From a virus (Duplodnaviria > Caudoviricetes): DNA of 64,000 nucleotides. Below are positions 10,082-19,981 of this stretch, piece after piece. The stretch's first letter is position 1. Every line of letters starts with the position of its first letter. The notes under the pieces are model-generated. The model did no database searches and had not been told where the DNA came from. It saw only the letters and a program-made list of their open reading frames with translations. The stretch spans positions 32,001-96,000 of IMG/VR virus record IMGVR_UViG_3300042268_000478, one strand, 5' to 3'. The position numbers were made by a program, and so were the translations under genes.

Positions 10082-10474
10082 ATGCCAGAAATTCTCAAAA
10101 TTGCCCAGGCGGTAGCCGATGAGTTGAGCGAGTTTGACGCAAAAGTATCGTTTGTTCCCGAGTTTGAACTCAGCGAACTTGACGAGATGCGCATTGCCGT
10201 GGTTCCGCTCTCAACGGAATACAAAACGCTCAGCCGGTCATCGCATAGCGAACTGTTGAAAGTTTCGGTAGGCATTCTCAAGCGCGGCAATGAAACGGAA
10301 CTTCTGGCTCTCTTGAAGTTTGCTGAGGACGTTGGTTTGCGTTTTTTGAACTGTAAACTTGCTAGAGCAACATGTGTTTCGGTGGCTTATGATCCGATCT
10401 ACAGTCCGGAGCTTCTGCGCCAGCGCAATCAATTCACCAGCGTCATCCAGCTTACTTTCAAGCAAATCCAATGA
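10082..10474 (+). CDS. Putative tail terminator/completion protein
   Basis: Position in neck region; RBS GGAGGT before ATG 10082. Confidence 0.55.
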   Translation: MPEILKIAQAVADELSEFDAKVSFVPEFELSELDEMRIAVVPLSTEYKTLSRSSHSELLKVSVGILKRGNETELLALLKFAEDVGLRFLNCKLARATCVSVAYDPIYSPELLRQRNQFTSVIQLTFKQIQ

Positions 10475-10857
10475 AAGTACATACCGAGTTTGACGCACGG
10501 CGGGTACTGGTTTGTGTCAGGCGCGGCAACATCACTGGATTGCGACGCGCTGGTGCGTACATCCGCAAGTCCGCAAGAAACAGGGTTCGCAAAAGCCGCA
10601 AGGCCTCGATTCCCGGTTCGCCGCCGCACACTAGGCAGGGAGTTCTCAAACGCTCTTTGCTGTTCGGCGTGGAAAAACGTCGCCAAGCGGTGGTGATTGG
10701 CCCAGCTGAAAAGTTTATCGGCACAGCAATGTATCCGCATGAGTTCGGAGCGCGTTACCACAAACGCCGTTATCCCAAGCGGCCTTTGATGAACCCGACG
10801 CTAAACAAAACAATCAACAAACTTCCCAAATTATGGAAAAATTCTGTAAAATCATAG
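10471..10857 (+). CDS. HK97 gp10-like neck protein
   Basis: 'SIPGSPPHTRQGVLKRS', 'HEFG', 'PKRPLMNP'. Confidence 0.7.
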   Translation: MKVHTEFDARRVLVCVRRGNITGLRRAGAYIRKSARNRVRKSRKASIPGSPPHTRQGVLKRSLLFGVEKRRQAVVIGPAEKFIGTAMYPHEFGARYHKRRYPKRPLMNPTLNKTINKLPKLWKNSVKS

Positions 10858-10869
10858 GAGACAAAAATT

Positions 10870-11292
10870 ATGGCAGTAGTACTTGGACTTGACGCAAAAC
10901 TCTTGCGTGGGGCGGCCGGAAGCACCGGCGCGACCGAGGTGAAAAACGTCAAAGATTTGACCTTGAGCCTTGAGTCAGGCGATGCTGACGTAACCACAAG
11001 AGCCACGGAGGGGTGGCGTGCTTCCGTGGCGACTTTGAAAGAGGCGTCATTGGAGTTCGGCATGTTGTACGATACTGAGGACGCAGACTTTCAAGCATTC
11101 TCGGACGCTTACTTCAACAACACCGCAATCGCCTTGTTCATCACCGACGGCGCAGGCAATGGTTTGGACGCCGATTTCTCAATCACTGGCTTTTCCGTTG
11201 AACAGCCGTTGGAAGAAGCATTGAGCGTGTCCGTAACCGCAAAGCCAACCGCATCTGACCGCGCACCAAGCTGGACTGGAGGTGGCAGCTAA
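10870..11292 (+). CDS. Major tail tube protein
   Basis: 'VKDLTLSLESGDADVTTRATEGW', 'FSITGFSVEQPLEEA'. Confidence 0.8.
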   Translation: MAVVLGLDAKLLRGAAGSTGATEVKNVKDLTLSLESGDADVTTRATEGWRASVATLKEASLEFGMLYDTEDADFQAFSDAYFNNTAIALFITDGAGNGLDADFSITGFSVEQPLEEALSVSVTAKPTASDRAPSWTGGGS

Positions 11293-11783
11293 TGAAAAGT
11301 TTCACTGACAACGCCGGGCGTTCATGGGTAATTGCCGTGAACGTGGGAACGGTAAAAAGGGTTCGGGCGATGTGCGAGGTTGACCTTGCCAACATCATCA
11401 GCATGGAGCCGGGCAAACCGCCGAATGTGGAGGTGCTTGAACAGCTTGCCGGCGACCCGGTTCTGCTGGTTGACGTGCTGTACGCCGTTTGCAAAGAAGA
11501 AGCCGATGCGAAGAACATATCTGATATCGACTTCGGTCAATCAATGGCTGGCGACGCTATCGAATTGGCAACGGCGGCATTACTTGATGAGGTGGTTGAT
11601 TTTTTCCCCGAGGGGAAGCGGCGAATCCTGCAAAAGGTACTGAACGCCACTCGTCGCTTCCAGGAAAAAAGCAAGGCGGCGCTGAACGACCTGCTCGGCG
11701 ACCCAACGCTGGACAGCAAAATCGACGGCGCATTAGAACAGTTGACCAGCTCATCAGCGAACTTGCCGGAATCTGCGGATTAA
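11292..11783 (+). CDS. Tail assembly chaperone (gpG-like)
   Basis: Between tail tube and tape measure genes. Confidence 0.75.
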   Translation: MKSFTDNAGRSWVIAVNVGTVKRVRAMCEVDLANIISMEPGKPPNVEVLEQLAGDPVLLVDVLYAVCKEEADAKNISDIDFGQSMAGDAIELATAALLDEVVDFFPEGKRRILQKVLNATRRFQEKSKAALNDLLGDPTLDSKIDGALEQLTSSSANLPESAD

Positions 11784-11812
11784 ATCCCGATCCGTTCACG
11801 CTGCGCGAGCTA

Positions 11813-12034
11813 TTGGCAATGACCGAAGCTCGCGGGCGTTTCGAATGGGAACAGACCTCCAGCTTAATGGCACTTGTAGTCAATTTGACTCGCAATCCCA
11901 AGAAAAGCAAAGCGGCAAAGGCGACGGATTTTAATCCGTATTACGTCAAACCCAAGCCAATAATCACGGCTCCGCTTTCAATGCTAAAAGACGTATTCGT
12001 CAGGCAGAAACAAACTCAACAACAGGAATCTTAA
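11813..12034 (+). CDS. Tail assembly chaperone C-terminal part (gpT-like, probably via -1 frameshift)
   Basis: -1 frame relative to upstream ORF and open from at least 11600; 'NPDPFTLRELLAM'. Confidence 0.65.
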   Translation: MAMTEARGRFEWEQTSSLMALVVNLTRNPKKSKAAKATDFNPYYVKPKPIITAPLSMLKDVFVRQKQTQQQES

Positions 12035-15000
12035 TGTCAATATCCAGTAATATCCGCGCGGGAGCGGCTTATGTCGAGGTTACCGCCGAGACAAGCAAGC
12101 TCCAACGTAATTTAACCCAGGCGCAAGCTCAGCTTTACAGCTTTGGGCGTACTGCCACCGCTATCGGCCGCGATTTGATGGTCGCTGCTGGGGCGATGGC
12201 TGTGCCGCTGGCGCTGTCGGTTAAAAGTTTTGCTAATTTTGACGATCAGATGCGGTTGGTTCGGGCAGTAACGAAAGCCACGGAAGATGACTTTGAGTCG
12301 TTGACCAAGACTGCTCAAAAGCTTGGTCGTGAGACCAGTTTCACCGCTTCGCAGGTGGCACAGGGCATGACCAGCTTGGGGCGCATGGGATTTTCTCCGC
12401 AGGAAATCCAGTCATCAATTCAGCCGGTACTTGATTTGGCGAGAGCAACCGGCACGGAGCTTGGCGAGGCATCCAATATCGCGGCGAACTCCATGCGGAT
12501 TTTCGGAGTGGAGGCGTCGAAGATGTCCAGCGTGGTCGATGTGCTGACGGCGGCGGCGAACGGTTCGGCGCAGACCTTGACTGATTTGTTCGAGGGACTG
12601 AAAATGACCGGGCCGCAAGCCAAAGCAGCAGGGGAGAATATCCAGGACACCGCTGCAGCATTGGGTGTTCTGGCCAACCTTGGGATTAAGGGTTCGCTGG
12701 CTGGCACAGCTTTGCGTAAATCCTACTCAAGATTTGCCAAGGTCAAGGTGCGCGAGAAGCTAAAGGAAGTCGGGGTTGAAACCGCCGACGCCAACGGCAA
12801 CTTGCGTAAAATGGCCGACATTATGGCCGACTTGGGCAAGGTCATGAACGACTTGCCCACCGCTGAAAAGCTCGCCTTTGCCGAGGATATTTTCGATATT
12901 CGCGGTTCACTGGCTGGCTTGAGTTTGGGCGGTAACACCAAAGAGCTTGACGCATTTATTGCCAAGCTAAAGGACATCGATGGCACCGCCAGGCAGACCG
13001 CATCTGAAATGGATGCCGGGCTTGGCGGTTCGTTCCGCTTGTTTCGTTCTGCGGTCGAGGGCGCGATGAACGCTATTGGCAAGGCGCTTGAGGGAACGCT
13101 CCAGCCGTTTGTCGATAAGCTAACCAGCGTAACCTTGGCGGTTGTTGAATGGATTGAAGCAAATCAAAGCATGGTAACAGGCTTTGCCGTGGCGGTTGCC
13201 GGGGCGGCGGCGCTGGGGGCTGGATTGGTAGCCATCGGCATGGCGGCAAAGGCGGCTTCTGCAGGAATCAGCGTGGTTCAGGGTGTATTGCAAGGCTTTA
13301 CTTTTGTACAGGGATTATTCGTTGCCAAAGGCACGGCGATGGGTTCTTCGATTTCCTTGCTGACTCAAGCGTTCGCCAATTATCGCAACGCCGCTATGCC
13401 TGCAATGGTCGGGACTTCAAAGCTGCTTGCGGCATTGAACTTGCCGATTGACTCGCGAGCTAAACAAATCGCTGCAGGTCTTATATTAATGAATAAGGCG
13501 GAAACCGCGTCGACTGCAAAATCCATGCTGGCGGCAAAATGGGCGGCGGCAACAACCTCAATGAAAAATTTCAGCTTGGCAACCGTCGCCGCGACTGCAA
13601 CCACCAAAGCAAATACCGCCGCTTCAATCATCGCTACTGGAATTTCCAAGGCATTAGCTGGAGCGAAAGCATTTGCCGCCGGGGCAATCGGATTATTTAG
13701 CGCGGCGAACATCAAAGCCGCAGCAGTTGCGACGGCTGGAGGGGCAACGAATTTGTTCCTTGCGGTTACGACCAAGGCGGTTGCGGCTGGATATTTGGCA
13801 GCAAGCGCAGCGGCGGCAGCGTTCTGCGCAATTCCGGTTTCTTGGATTTTGATTGGGATTGGGGCGGCACTGGCTGGAGTGGTTATTGCCTTGAGTCAGG
13901 CTGGCAAATACACCGCTCAACTCACTGATAAAATGAGTAAGCTCCGTGAGAAAGGTGATCAGCAACGGCAGAGCGATCAGCTCCGCATGGAACGGCTTCA
14001 ACAGCTTGCCGGAAAGCAAAAACTTTCCAATGCGGAGATGGCGGAAGCTGAAAAACTCTCCGGCGAATTGCAGAAAAAGTATGGTGACCTTGGCATATCC
14101 GTTGATAAAGTCGGCAACAAGCTCTCTATCGCCGCCGGGGCGCAAGGCAAGCTCAACGAGGCGATGAAAAAGGCTTCATTGGCTGAACTTGACGCTGAGA
14201 TGGCTGAAATAAGAGCCAACCTTAAGGAGCTTGGCAAAGAGAACGAGGCTCTGCAATCCTATTGGAACAATAATTTGTGGAGTCAGATGTCAGGTCGTCA
14301 GCAAGAGGCGATGGACAAGCTCGAAGTCAATTCCAATAAAGCTGCGGCAATGCGTACCAAGCTTGGAGCGTTGCGTCAGCGTAAAAAAGCGATTGAGGGC
14401 GGCGACCAGAAAGCCGTCACTGGTGAAGACGGCAAATCTACTCAAGATAAGGTGGAAGAACACAAAACCCAGAGTAAAGCCGCTAAAGATGCCGCCGATG
14501 ATGCGGCAAAGCGGGTAGCCGATATCGACAAACAGCTTGCTCGGGAACGTCAGACTGAATTGCAAAATGAGATTGCTGATATTATCGCACTGCGGGACGA
14601 GTACAAGCAATTGATAAAAACCATGCTCGACTTTGAAAAATCCAAAGCCGACGACAAGCAGGACAAAAAGAAAATTGCCGAGCTTGAGGGCAAGCTTGCC
14701 GAGGCAGACCGCACCGCCAATCAGCGAGTAAAAGAGGCTCAAGGCAAGGCGCGAGAGAAAATGGAAAAGGATGTTGCGGATTATCAAAACCGCTTTGCAT
14801 CTAACGAAAAATCCATCAAACAACGCCGCACGGAACAAGCTCAAGACCGCAAGATTGACGAAACGCTTGAGAACGACAAAGGCGCTGGAATCGAAATGCT
14901 CCAAGGCATGATTGAACAGTACCGCCAAGCCGCTGAAGCCGCTAAAATCCAGTTCCAGGAGGAGCTTAAAAAAGCGCAGGCTGACGGTACAATTGACGAT

Positions 15001-15279
15001 AAAGAGCGCGCCAAGCTGGACAATATCCAAGCTGGCTACAGTCAAGCAGAATCAATGCTCGACAAGTATGAGGGTAAACTCCGCGAGGCGCAGGACGGTA
15101 CGCAACAGGTAGCCGAGGATGTAAAACCGCAAGGGGCTTTCCTGGCGGCGGCGCTTTCAAATATTGGCGAAAGTTCAGCGGCTGACCGTACCGCCAAGGC
15201 GACCGAATCGGTGGCAAGCAACACCAAAAAAACAAACGATTTAATCAAAAAGAACTCAGGTATGGGAGTATTTACATAA
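12034..15279 (+). CDS. Tail tape measure protein (TP901 family)
   Basis: 'TAQKLGRETSFTASQVAQGMTSLGRMGF', 'GIKGSLAGTALR'; Ala-rich, 1081 aa. Confidence 0.95.
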   Translation: MSISSNIRAGAAYVEVTAETSKLQRNLTQAQAQLYSFGRTATAIGRDLMVAAGAMAVPLALSVKSFANFDDQMRLVRAVTKATEDDFESLTKTAQKLGRETSFTASQVAQGMTSLGRMGFSPQEIQSSIQPVLDLARATGTELGEASNIAANSMRIFGVEASKMSSVVDVLTAAANGSAQTLTDLFEGLKMTGPQAKAAGENIQDTAAALGVLANLGIKGSLAGTALRKSYSRFAKVKVREKLKEVGVETADANGNLRKMADIMADLGKVMNDLPTAEKLAFAEDIFDIRGSLAGLSLGGNTKELDAFIAKLKDIDGTARQTASEMDAGLGGSFRLFRSAVEGAMNAIGKALEGTLQPFVDKLTSVTLAVVEWIEANQSMVTGFAVAVAGAAALGAGLVAIGMAAKAASAGISVVQGVLQGFTFVQGLFVAKGTAMGSSISLLTQAFANYRNAAMPAMVGTSKLLAALNLPIDSRAKQIAAGLILMNKAETASTAKSMLAAKWAAATTSMKNFSLATVAATATTKANTAASIIATGISKALAGAKAFAAGAIGLFSAANIKAAAVATAGGATNLFLAVTTKAVAAGYLAASAAAAAFCAIPVSWILIGIGAALAGVVIALSQAGKYTAQLTDKMSKLREKGDQQRQSDQLRMERLQQLAGKQKLSNAEMAEAEKLSGELQKKYGDLGISVDKVGNKLSIAAGAQGKLNEAMKKASLAELDAEMAEIRANLKELGKENEALQSYWNNNLWSQMSGRQQEAMDKLEVNSNKAAAMRTKLGALRQRKKAIEGGDQKAVTGEDGKSTQDKVEEHKTQSKAAKDAADDAAKRVADIDKQLARERQTELQNEIADIIALRDEYKQLIKTMLDFEKSKADDKQDKKKIAELEGKLAEADRTANQRVKEAQGKAREKMEKDVADYQNRFASNEKSIKQRRTEQAQDRKIDETLENDKGAGIEMLQGMIEQYRQAAEAAKIQFQEELKKAQADGTIDDKERAKLDNIQAGYSQAESMLDKYEGKLREAQDGTQQVAEDVKPQGAFLAAALSNIGESSAADRTAKATESVASNTKKTNDLIKKNSGMGVFT

Positions 15280-16106
15280 TGGCAACACGCATAGAAAAAG
15301 GATTTTTCGACCTTAACCGGAGCATCAACGCCGAGGGATATCTGACCGCAATGGAAGTGCCGTACATCGTCTTTGAGGTTGATGACGAGGAAGCGGCGCT
15401 GGATGCGGTTCATTTAGAGGCTGAACAGGAGATTGGGCGGCTTCGCTTGCAGAGTATTGAAATTGACGAACGCATCAACGAGGACACTTTCAAAGTTCGG
15501 GCAACATACGAACCGCTGGTTTATGAAACCGATGGCGATACCCCGGAAATGGAGCCGAGTTTCGCTTTCGATACTGGCGGAGGTTCTCGGCATATCATGC
15601 AGAGCCTCAAAACAACCAATAAATATCCATCCAGCTCACCGGATTTTGGCGGTGCAATCGGAGTTGATAATGAGGGCAATGTCAATGGCGTGGACGTGAC
15701 TATCCCGACGATGAATTTCACTGAAACCCATTACATGAGACCGTCGAAAGTTTCAACCCGATACAAGCAAACCATTGCAGATTTGACCGGGAGCGTCAAT
15801 AATTCCAAATTCAAAGGCTATGATGCTGGAGAAGTTTTATTCCTTGGCGCTTCGGGTTCAAGGCGTGGTAAACGTTCTGACGATTACTGGGAAATTACCT
15901 TCAAATTTGCGGTGTCGGTCAACGTCAAAAACATGAAAGTCGGCGACCTGACCGTGAGCAAGAAAGACGGTTGGGATTATCTGTGGGTACGCTATCACAA
16001 CGATGTTTCAGACGATCAGAAGAATCTAATTAAAAAGCCGGTTGGGGCTTACGTTGAGCAGGTCTACGAAGCAAAAAACTTTGGTGCTTTGGGGATTGGC
16101 CGATGA
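15279..16106 (+). CDS. Tail tip/distal tail protein (putative)
   Basis: Directly follows tape measure gene. Confidence 0.6.
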   Translation: MATRIEKGFFDLNRSINAEGYLTAMEVPYIVFEVDDEEAALDAVHLEAEQEIGRLRLQSIEIDERINEDTFKVRATYEPLVYETDGDTPEMEPSFAFDTGGGSRHIMQSLKTTNKYPSSSPDFGGAIGVDNEGNVNGVDVTIPTMNFTETHYMRPSKVSTRYKQTIADLTGSVNNSKFKGYDAGEVLFLGASGSRRGKRSDDYWEITFKFAVSVNVKNMKVGDLTVSKKDGWDYLWVRYHNDVSDDQKNLIKKPVGAYVEQVYEAKNFGALGIGR

Positions 16107-16175
16107 CCAGAACAAGTTCTGGACTTCGAGAAAATCCTCATGGATTTTCCGTACTTTTTAGGAGAGTGAATTATC

Positions 16176-17036
16176 ATGAATAAGGTTAAAACTGGACAGA
16201 AAGTTAATATCGCCGCTTCGACTTGGAACTCATTTATTGATGCGGCGAATCACACCAAGAATCTGCAAAGCGGAGGCATTAGCGCCGTTACTTCAAAAGG
16301 CATGTTCAAAACCGGGATTATGCTGGTTCAAAACGCCGCAGGGAATTTACTCAAGGAATTTACTCCAGTGGCATTGACTGATTTGATTATCACGCCAGAG
16401 AAGAACGAAAAGGAGTTCAAAACCCATGTCGCGGTATTGAAAGCCGAGGAGTTTGACGCAGACAACAAGGAGACCGCCACGATAGCTATTTTGCAGGAGC
16501 CAATTGATGACGGCAAACTTGGCCGCGCGATGGTCTTGGGGACGACTCCGGCAAAGGTGAATATTCAGGACAAGGAACATCTCTGTGCTACTCCAACCGA
16601 TGACGGCAAACTCGAATCCAACGATAAAGGCGATTGTCGAATTGTTTGGAAAGCTGATGATACAGGCGAACAATGGACATTACTTCTGCTTGGTGGTGGA
16701 GGCAAAGCCGCATGGGAGTACGATGGGCCATTCGCAATCGAATGGGACAGTGAAACAGAGCAAATCAAAGTCAAAGCTGGATATTTGAGCCGCAATGGCG
16801 AATGGCTGGAAGTGAGCGAAACCGAGCTTGCACCGTCTGAGGGATATATCTGTGTTTGCAGCCAAATCGATGACGAGGGCAACTGGAGTGAGCCGGAAGT
16901 GGAAATCTCCACGCCGGGCAAAGAGGCATATCCGATTGGCTACTGCGAGATGAAAGACGGCAAGGCAAAACTTTCCTGCTACGGCGTGCCAGTGGTAATT
17001 CTGATAGTTTCGGAAGTTTGCGAGGCTGACACATGA
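16176..17036 (+). CDS. Putative tail protein
   Basis: RBS AGGAG; position in tail operon. Confidence 0.55.
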   Translation: MNKVKTGQKVNIAASTWNSFIDAANHTKNLQSGGISAVTSKGMFKTGIMLVQNAAGNLLKEFTPVALTDLIITPEKNEKEFKTHVAVLKAEEFDADNKETATIAILQEPIDDGKLGRAMVLGTTPAKVNIQDKEHLCATPTDDGKLESNDKGDCRIVWKADDTGEQWTLLLLGGGGKAAWEYDGPFAIEWDSETEQIKVKAGYLSRNGEWLEVSETELAPSEGYICVCSQIDDEGNWSEPEVEISTPGKEAYPIGYCEMKDGKAKLSCYGVPVVILIVSEVCEADT

Positions 17037-17461
17037 GCGAGGGTTCAAATAAATTATGGCTGCATCACGAAAACAAACGGCTCATTCGCAAAGAGAAAAA
17101 CGGCAAGTTGGTCATTTGTTGGGTTTGCCCGTGCTGTGAGCCGAAAGTCATTGCTTCAAAGATTACCAACAGCCGTTACGAATCGCAAAAACGCTGGAAT
17201 CTGCGTCCGTATCAGGGTGATAAGGTTGGCTTGCCGGGCGCAAGATGGCGACTCCGGGATGTGGGCGAAGCTCATCACAACAACCCGGACGCAAACTGTA
17301 GTGGAACCCAGTACAACAGCGGCATAGTCGATGAAAACGGCAAGCTGGTCGGTCTGCCCGACGAGTTCGTTTCCAGCTATTCATACAACGGCTATATGCA
17401 ACTTCAACAGGGGTGCATTCGTGAGGACGGCAACATCGAATGGCCGTGTCCCAATGGATAA
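17033..17461 (+). CDS. Cys-rich hypothetical protein
   Basis: 'CWVCPCC'; ATGA-coupled to upstream gene. Confidence 0.6.
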   Translation: MSEGSNKLWLHHENKRLIRKEKNGKLVICWVCPCCEPKVIASKITNSRYESQKRWNLRPYQGDKVGLPGARWRLRDVGEAHHNNPDANCSGTQYNSGIVDENGKLVGLPDEFVSSYSYNGYMQLQQGCIREDGNIEWPCPNG

Positions 17462-17476
17462 AAACAGAGGATTTCA

Positions 17477-18217
17477 ATGTTCAAATTTAATGAAAAAACT
17501 TACAATCACATGCCGTTTGCGGCTTACGATAAAGACGTCAATGCAAAGCAATTTTGCTGTTTGATGATTAACGGTTTGTGGAAGTTGCATCACTTCGACG
17601 GCGAAAGCTGGCAACGGATAAACACACATCTCCCGAAGGATGCAACCGAGTGTTCACCGACCGCTGAATGGGAGGACTGCATGTGGAAGATTTCATTTGT
17701 CGCTGGAGGCTTCGAGGGTGGTCGGCAGTTCAAGCTCTACCGTATGTTGGGGCTGAATGGCACACCAATGGAGCAATGCCCGGCTGATGTTGGCTTTGTG
17801 TGGAAAGACCGCATCGCCTATGCCGGACGGCGCGGGCCGCTGTTCGTCATCGATCCCGAACAGCACATGGAGATAAAATTTCACAACGTCGAATTTCTCT
17901 ACCGGGTTTCCTATGATGCAAGCAATCCGCGAATGCTGCTGATTTCAGGTCAGTTGCATGGCGGCGAGATTTTCTCTTGGGCGTATCATCCGGAGATGAA
18001 CCGGCTCTTTGAAGTCATTGCCGATGGTCGAGTCGCCTACAAAGCCGCGAGTTGGAATAGCGACTGTTACTACGCTGAACGTCGGGGTGGCGACGATTTC
18101 GAGGAACGCCATATCCGTAAAGCTCAACATCTGCAACTCAAACCTTTTATTGTGGATGAATATGTCTCGCTGAATATCGAAAATACAGCAAGCGACATAG
18201 CACCGGAGTTTGAATAA
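17477..18217 (+). CDS. Hypothetical protein (beta-rich)
   Basis: RBS GAGGA; in-operon ORF. Confidence 0.65.
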   Translation: MFKFNEKTYNHMPFAAYDKDVNAKQFCCLMINGLWKLHHFDGESWQRINTHLPKDATECSPTAEWEDCMWKISFVAGGFEGGRQFKLYRMLGLNGTPMEQCPADVGFVWKDRIAYAGRRGPLFVIDPEQHMEIKFHNVEFLYRVSYDASNPRMLLISGQLHGGEIFSWAYHPEMNRLFEVIADGRVAYKAASWNSDCYYAERRGGDDFEERHIRKAQHLQLKPFIVDEYVSLNIENTASDIAPEFE

Positions 18218-18579
18218 TGAGTTGTAATTGTCATGGCAAAAACGGTGTCAGCGTCGGCAGAACTTCTCCCTATGACCAATGTAGTAGTTGTGCAAAGAAG
18301 CACATTGTCAAGGCGTGGAGTCTGTGGAATGAATTTACTTACCTTGATGACAACCGCGATACGATATCGGGGCAACTCCGGCTGGCGGTGGATCATCTGA
18401 TGTACGATCACCGCGATACTGCGCTCAAGGCTCGTAATTTAGCAATGCTCATTGAGGAAAACCGAGATAAAGAAATTGGCAGTCAATGGCAAGAGCTACT
18501 TGAGGCGGTTCGGGGACATTTTTATGCCGATAATCCGCGAATGGCAAAACGGCTAAACAAACTTAAAGAGGAAAGATAA
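18217..18579 (+). CDS. Hypothetical protein with CxC..CxxC..H motif
   Basis: 'MSCNCH...QCSSCAKKH'; coupled start. Confidence 0.65.
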   Translation: MSCNCHGKNGVSVGRTSPYDQCSSCAKKHIVKAWSLWNEFTYLDDNRDTISGQLRLAVDHLMYDHRDTALKARNLAMLIEENRDKEIGSQWQELLEAVRGHFYADNPRMAKRLNKLKEER

Positions 18580-18580
18580 T

Positions 18581-19981
18581 ATGCAACAGGTGCAAATGTA
18601 TTTAAGGGCGAATTCGACCTTGGCTACGCTGGTTGATGAGTTCAATCAGACGCTGTCGTCGTCGAGCGTCCCGGCGATTGTGCGGGGGATGCAGGTTGAA
18701 TTGATTTTGACTTTGCTTGATCGTGACGGCGAACCTTATTCACCACTGGATTTCGATTCATGGGAGTTCGTACTGGCAACCGACTGGGATGCTGGAACAC
18801 CACCGCAAATCTTGGTAAATTCAGGTATTACTATTGACGGTAGCAACGTCCATGTGCCGATTCTGAACACCAACACCGCTGAACTTGCGGCGGCATTGTC
18901 GACAAAGGAATCAATCAAAATTGGCGCTGAACTCTGTGGATTTAATGCAGGAGAAACCACTCCAGCATTTGTTTTACAGTTCAATCTTGGCATCCGCAAC
19001 CGGCGCAGTTCGTCAGGCACCGGCACGGCTGAACCTGTCGGCGACGGAACTTACAGCGCGGCGCAGGTTGATGCGTTGTTCGCCGCCGGATACGATGTTC
19101 AATTCTCAATCGACGGCGAAACTCTCTGGCATGAAGAACAGCTCTTTGGCGACCAGTATTTTCGCATCCGCAATGCGGCATATGAAAACAGCGCCTATTC
19201 TGACGCAATCCAGCTTCTACCCGGAGCCATCGGCGAACCCGGCGAGAGTTCTTACATCTACGTTGCCTGGGCAACCGCCGATGACGGGACTGGATTTGTC
19301 ACTGAACCGGGCAACCTGACCAACGCACACAAATACATCGCGTTCCTGGTCAGCGAGGTTGAAACCGCAGAGCTTTCCGCATCGGATTTTGCCGGACTAT
19401 GGACAAAATATCGCGGTGAAGATGGCCAAGGCGTGGGTGATATGACCAAGGCGGTCTATGATTCAGATGACGACGGCAAGGTAAACGCCGCCGTCCATGC
19501 CGACAGCGCTGGAGCCGTTGACTGGTCTAACGTCGGCAACAAACCATCGGAGTTTACGCCTGAAGTTCACAATCACAGCATAGCGACATTGTCCGACCCG
19601 GTGAGGCAGAAAGCCGTCACCGAAAGCAACCCGGCAACGCTGTATGTCGATACGCCGATTATCCGCAAAAGTTCGCATAGCAGTTCAACGCTGAATATTG
19701 ATTTTACCGCGATAAAAGACACGTTCGACGGTGAAGCTTATTCCGTGGTCAATGGAGATTTTTTCACTTGGGAATATCACGTTCCGGCGTCTGTGAATAT
19801 TACCGGGATAATCGTTGGTTCGCTCAATTCGACCATGACTGGCATCAGCATCCCGGAGGCAATTGATCTGATTGGTGGCAATAACACCGTCCATGTCTTT
19901 GCGGTGCGCGGAGTCTATAAATCCGGGGCAGTAAACAATCTTGCTTTGCAGGTCAACTATGCCTACAGTTATGAGGGGTGA
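18581..19981 (+). CDS. Tail fibre / baseplate-attached protein
   Basis: 'GDMTKAVYDSDDDGKV', 'VDWSNVGNKPSEFTPEVHNH' phage fibre motifs. Confidence 0.7.
   Translation: MQQVQMYLRANSTLATLVDEFNQTLSSSSVPAIVRGMQVELILTLLDRDGEPYSPLDFDSWEFVLATDWDAGTPPQILVNSGITIDGSNVHVPILNTNTAELAAALSTKESIKIGAELCGFNAGETTPAFVLQFNLGIRNRRSSSGTGTAEPVGDGTYSAAQVDALFAAGYDVQFSIDGETLWHEEQLFGDQYFRIRNAAYENSAYSDAIQLLPGAIGEPGESSYIYVAWATADDGTGFVTEPGNLTNAHKYIAFLVSEVETAELSASDFAGLWTKYRGEDGQGVGDMTKAVYDSDDDGKVNAAVHADSAGAVDWSNVGNKPSEFTPEVHNHSIATLSDPVRQKAVTESNPATLYVDTPIIRKSSHSSSTLNIDFTAIKDTFDGEAYSVVNGDFFTWEYHVPASVNITGIIVGSLNSTMTGISIPEAIDLIGGNNTVHVFAVRGVYKSGAVNNLALQVNYAYSYEG

Noticed and set aside
14290-15045. Long antisense ORFs (also 36183-36944, 60736-61458, 61591-62346)
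   Set aside because: Shadow frames of well-supported + strand genes with no recognisable motifs.
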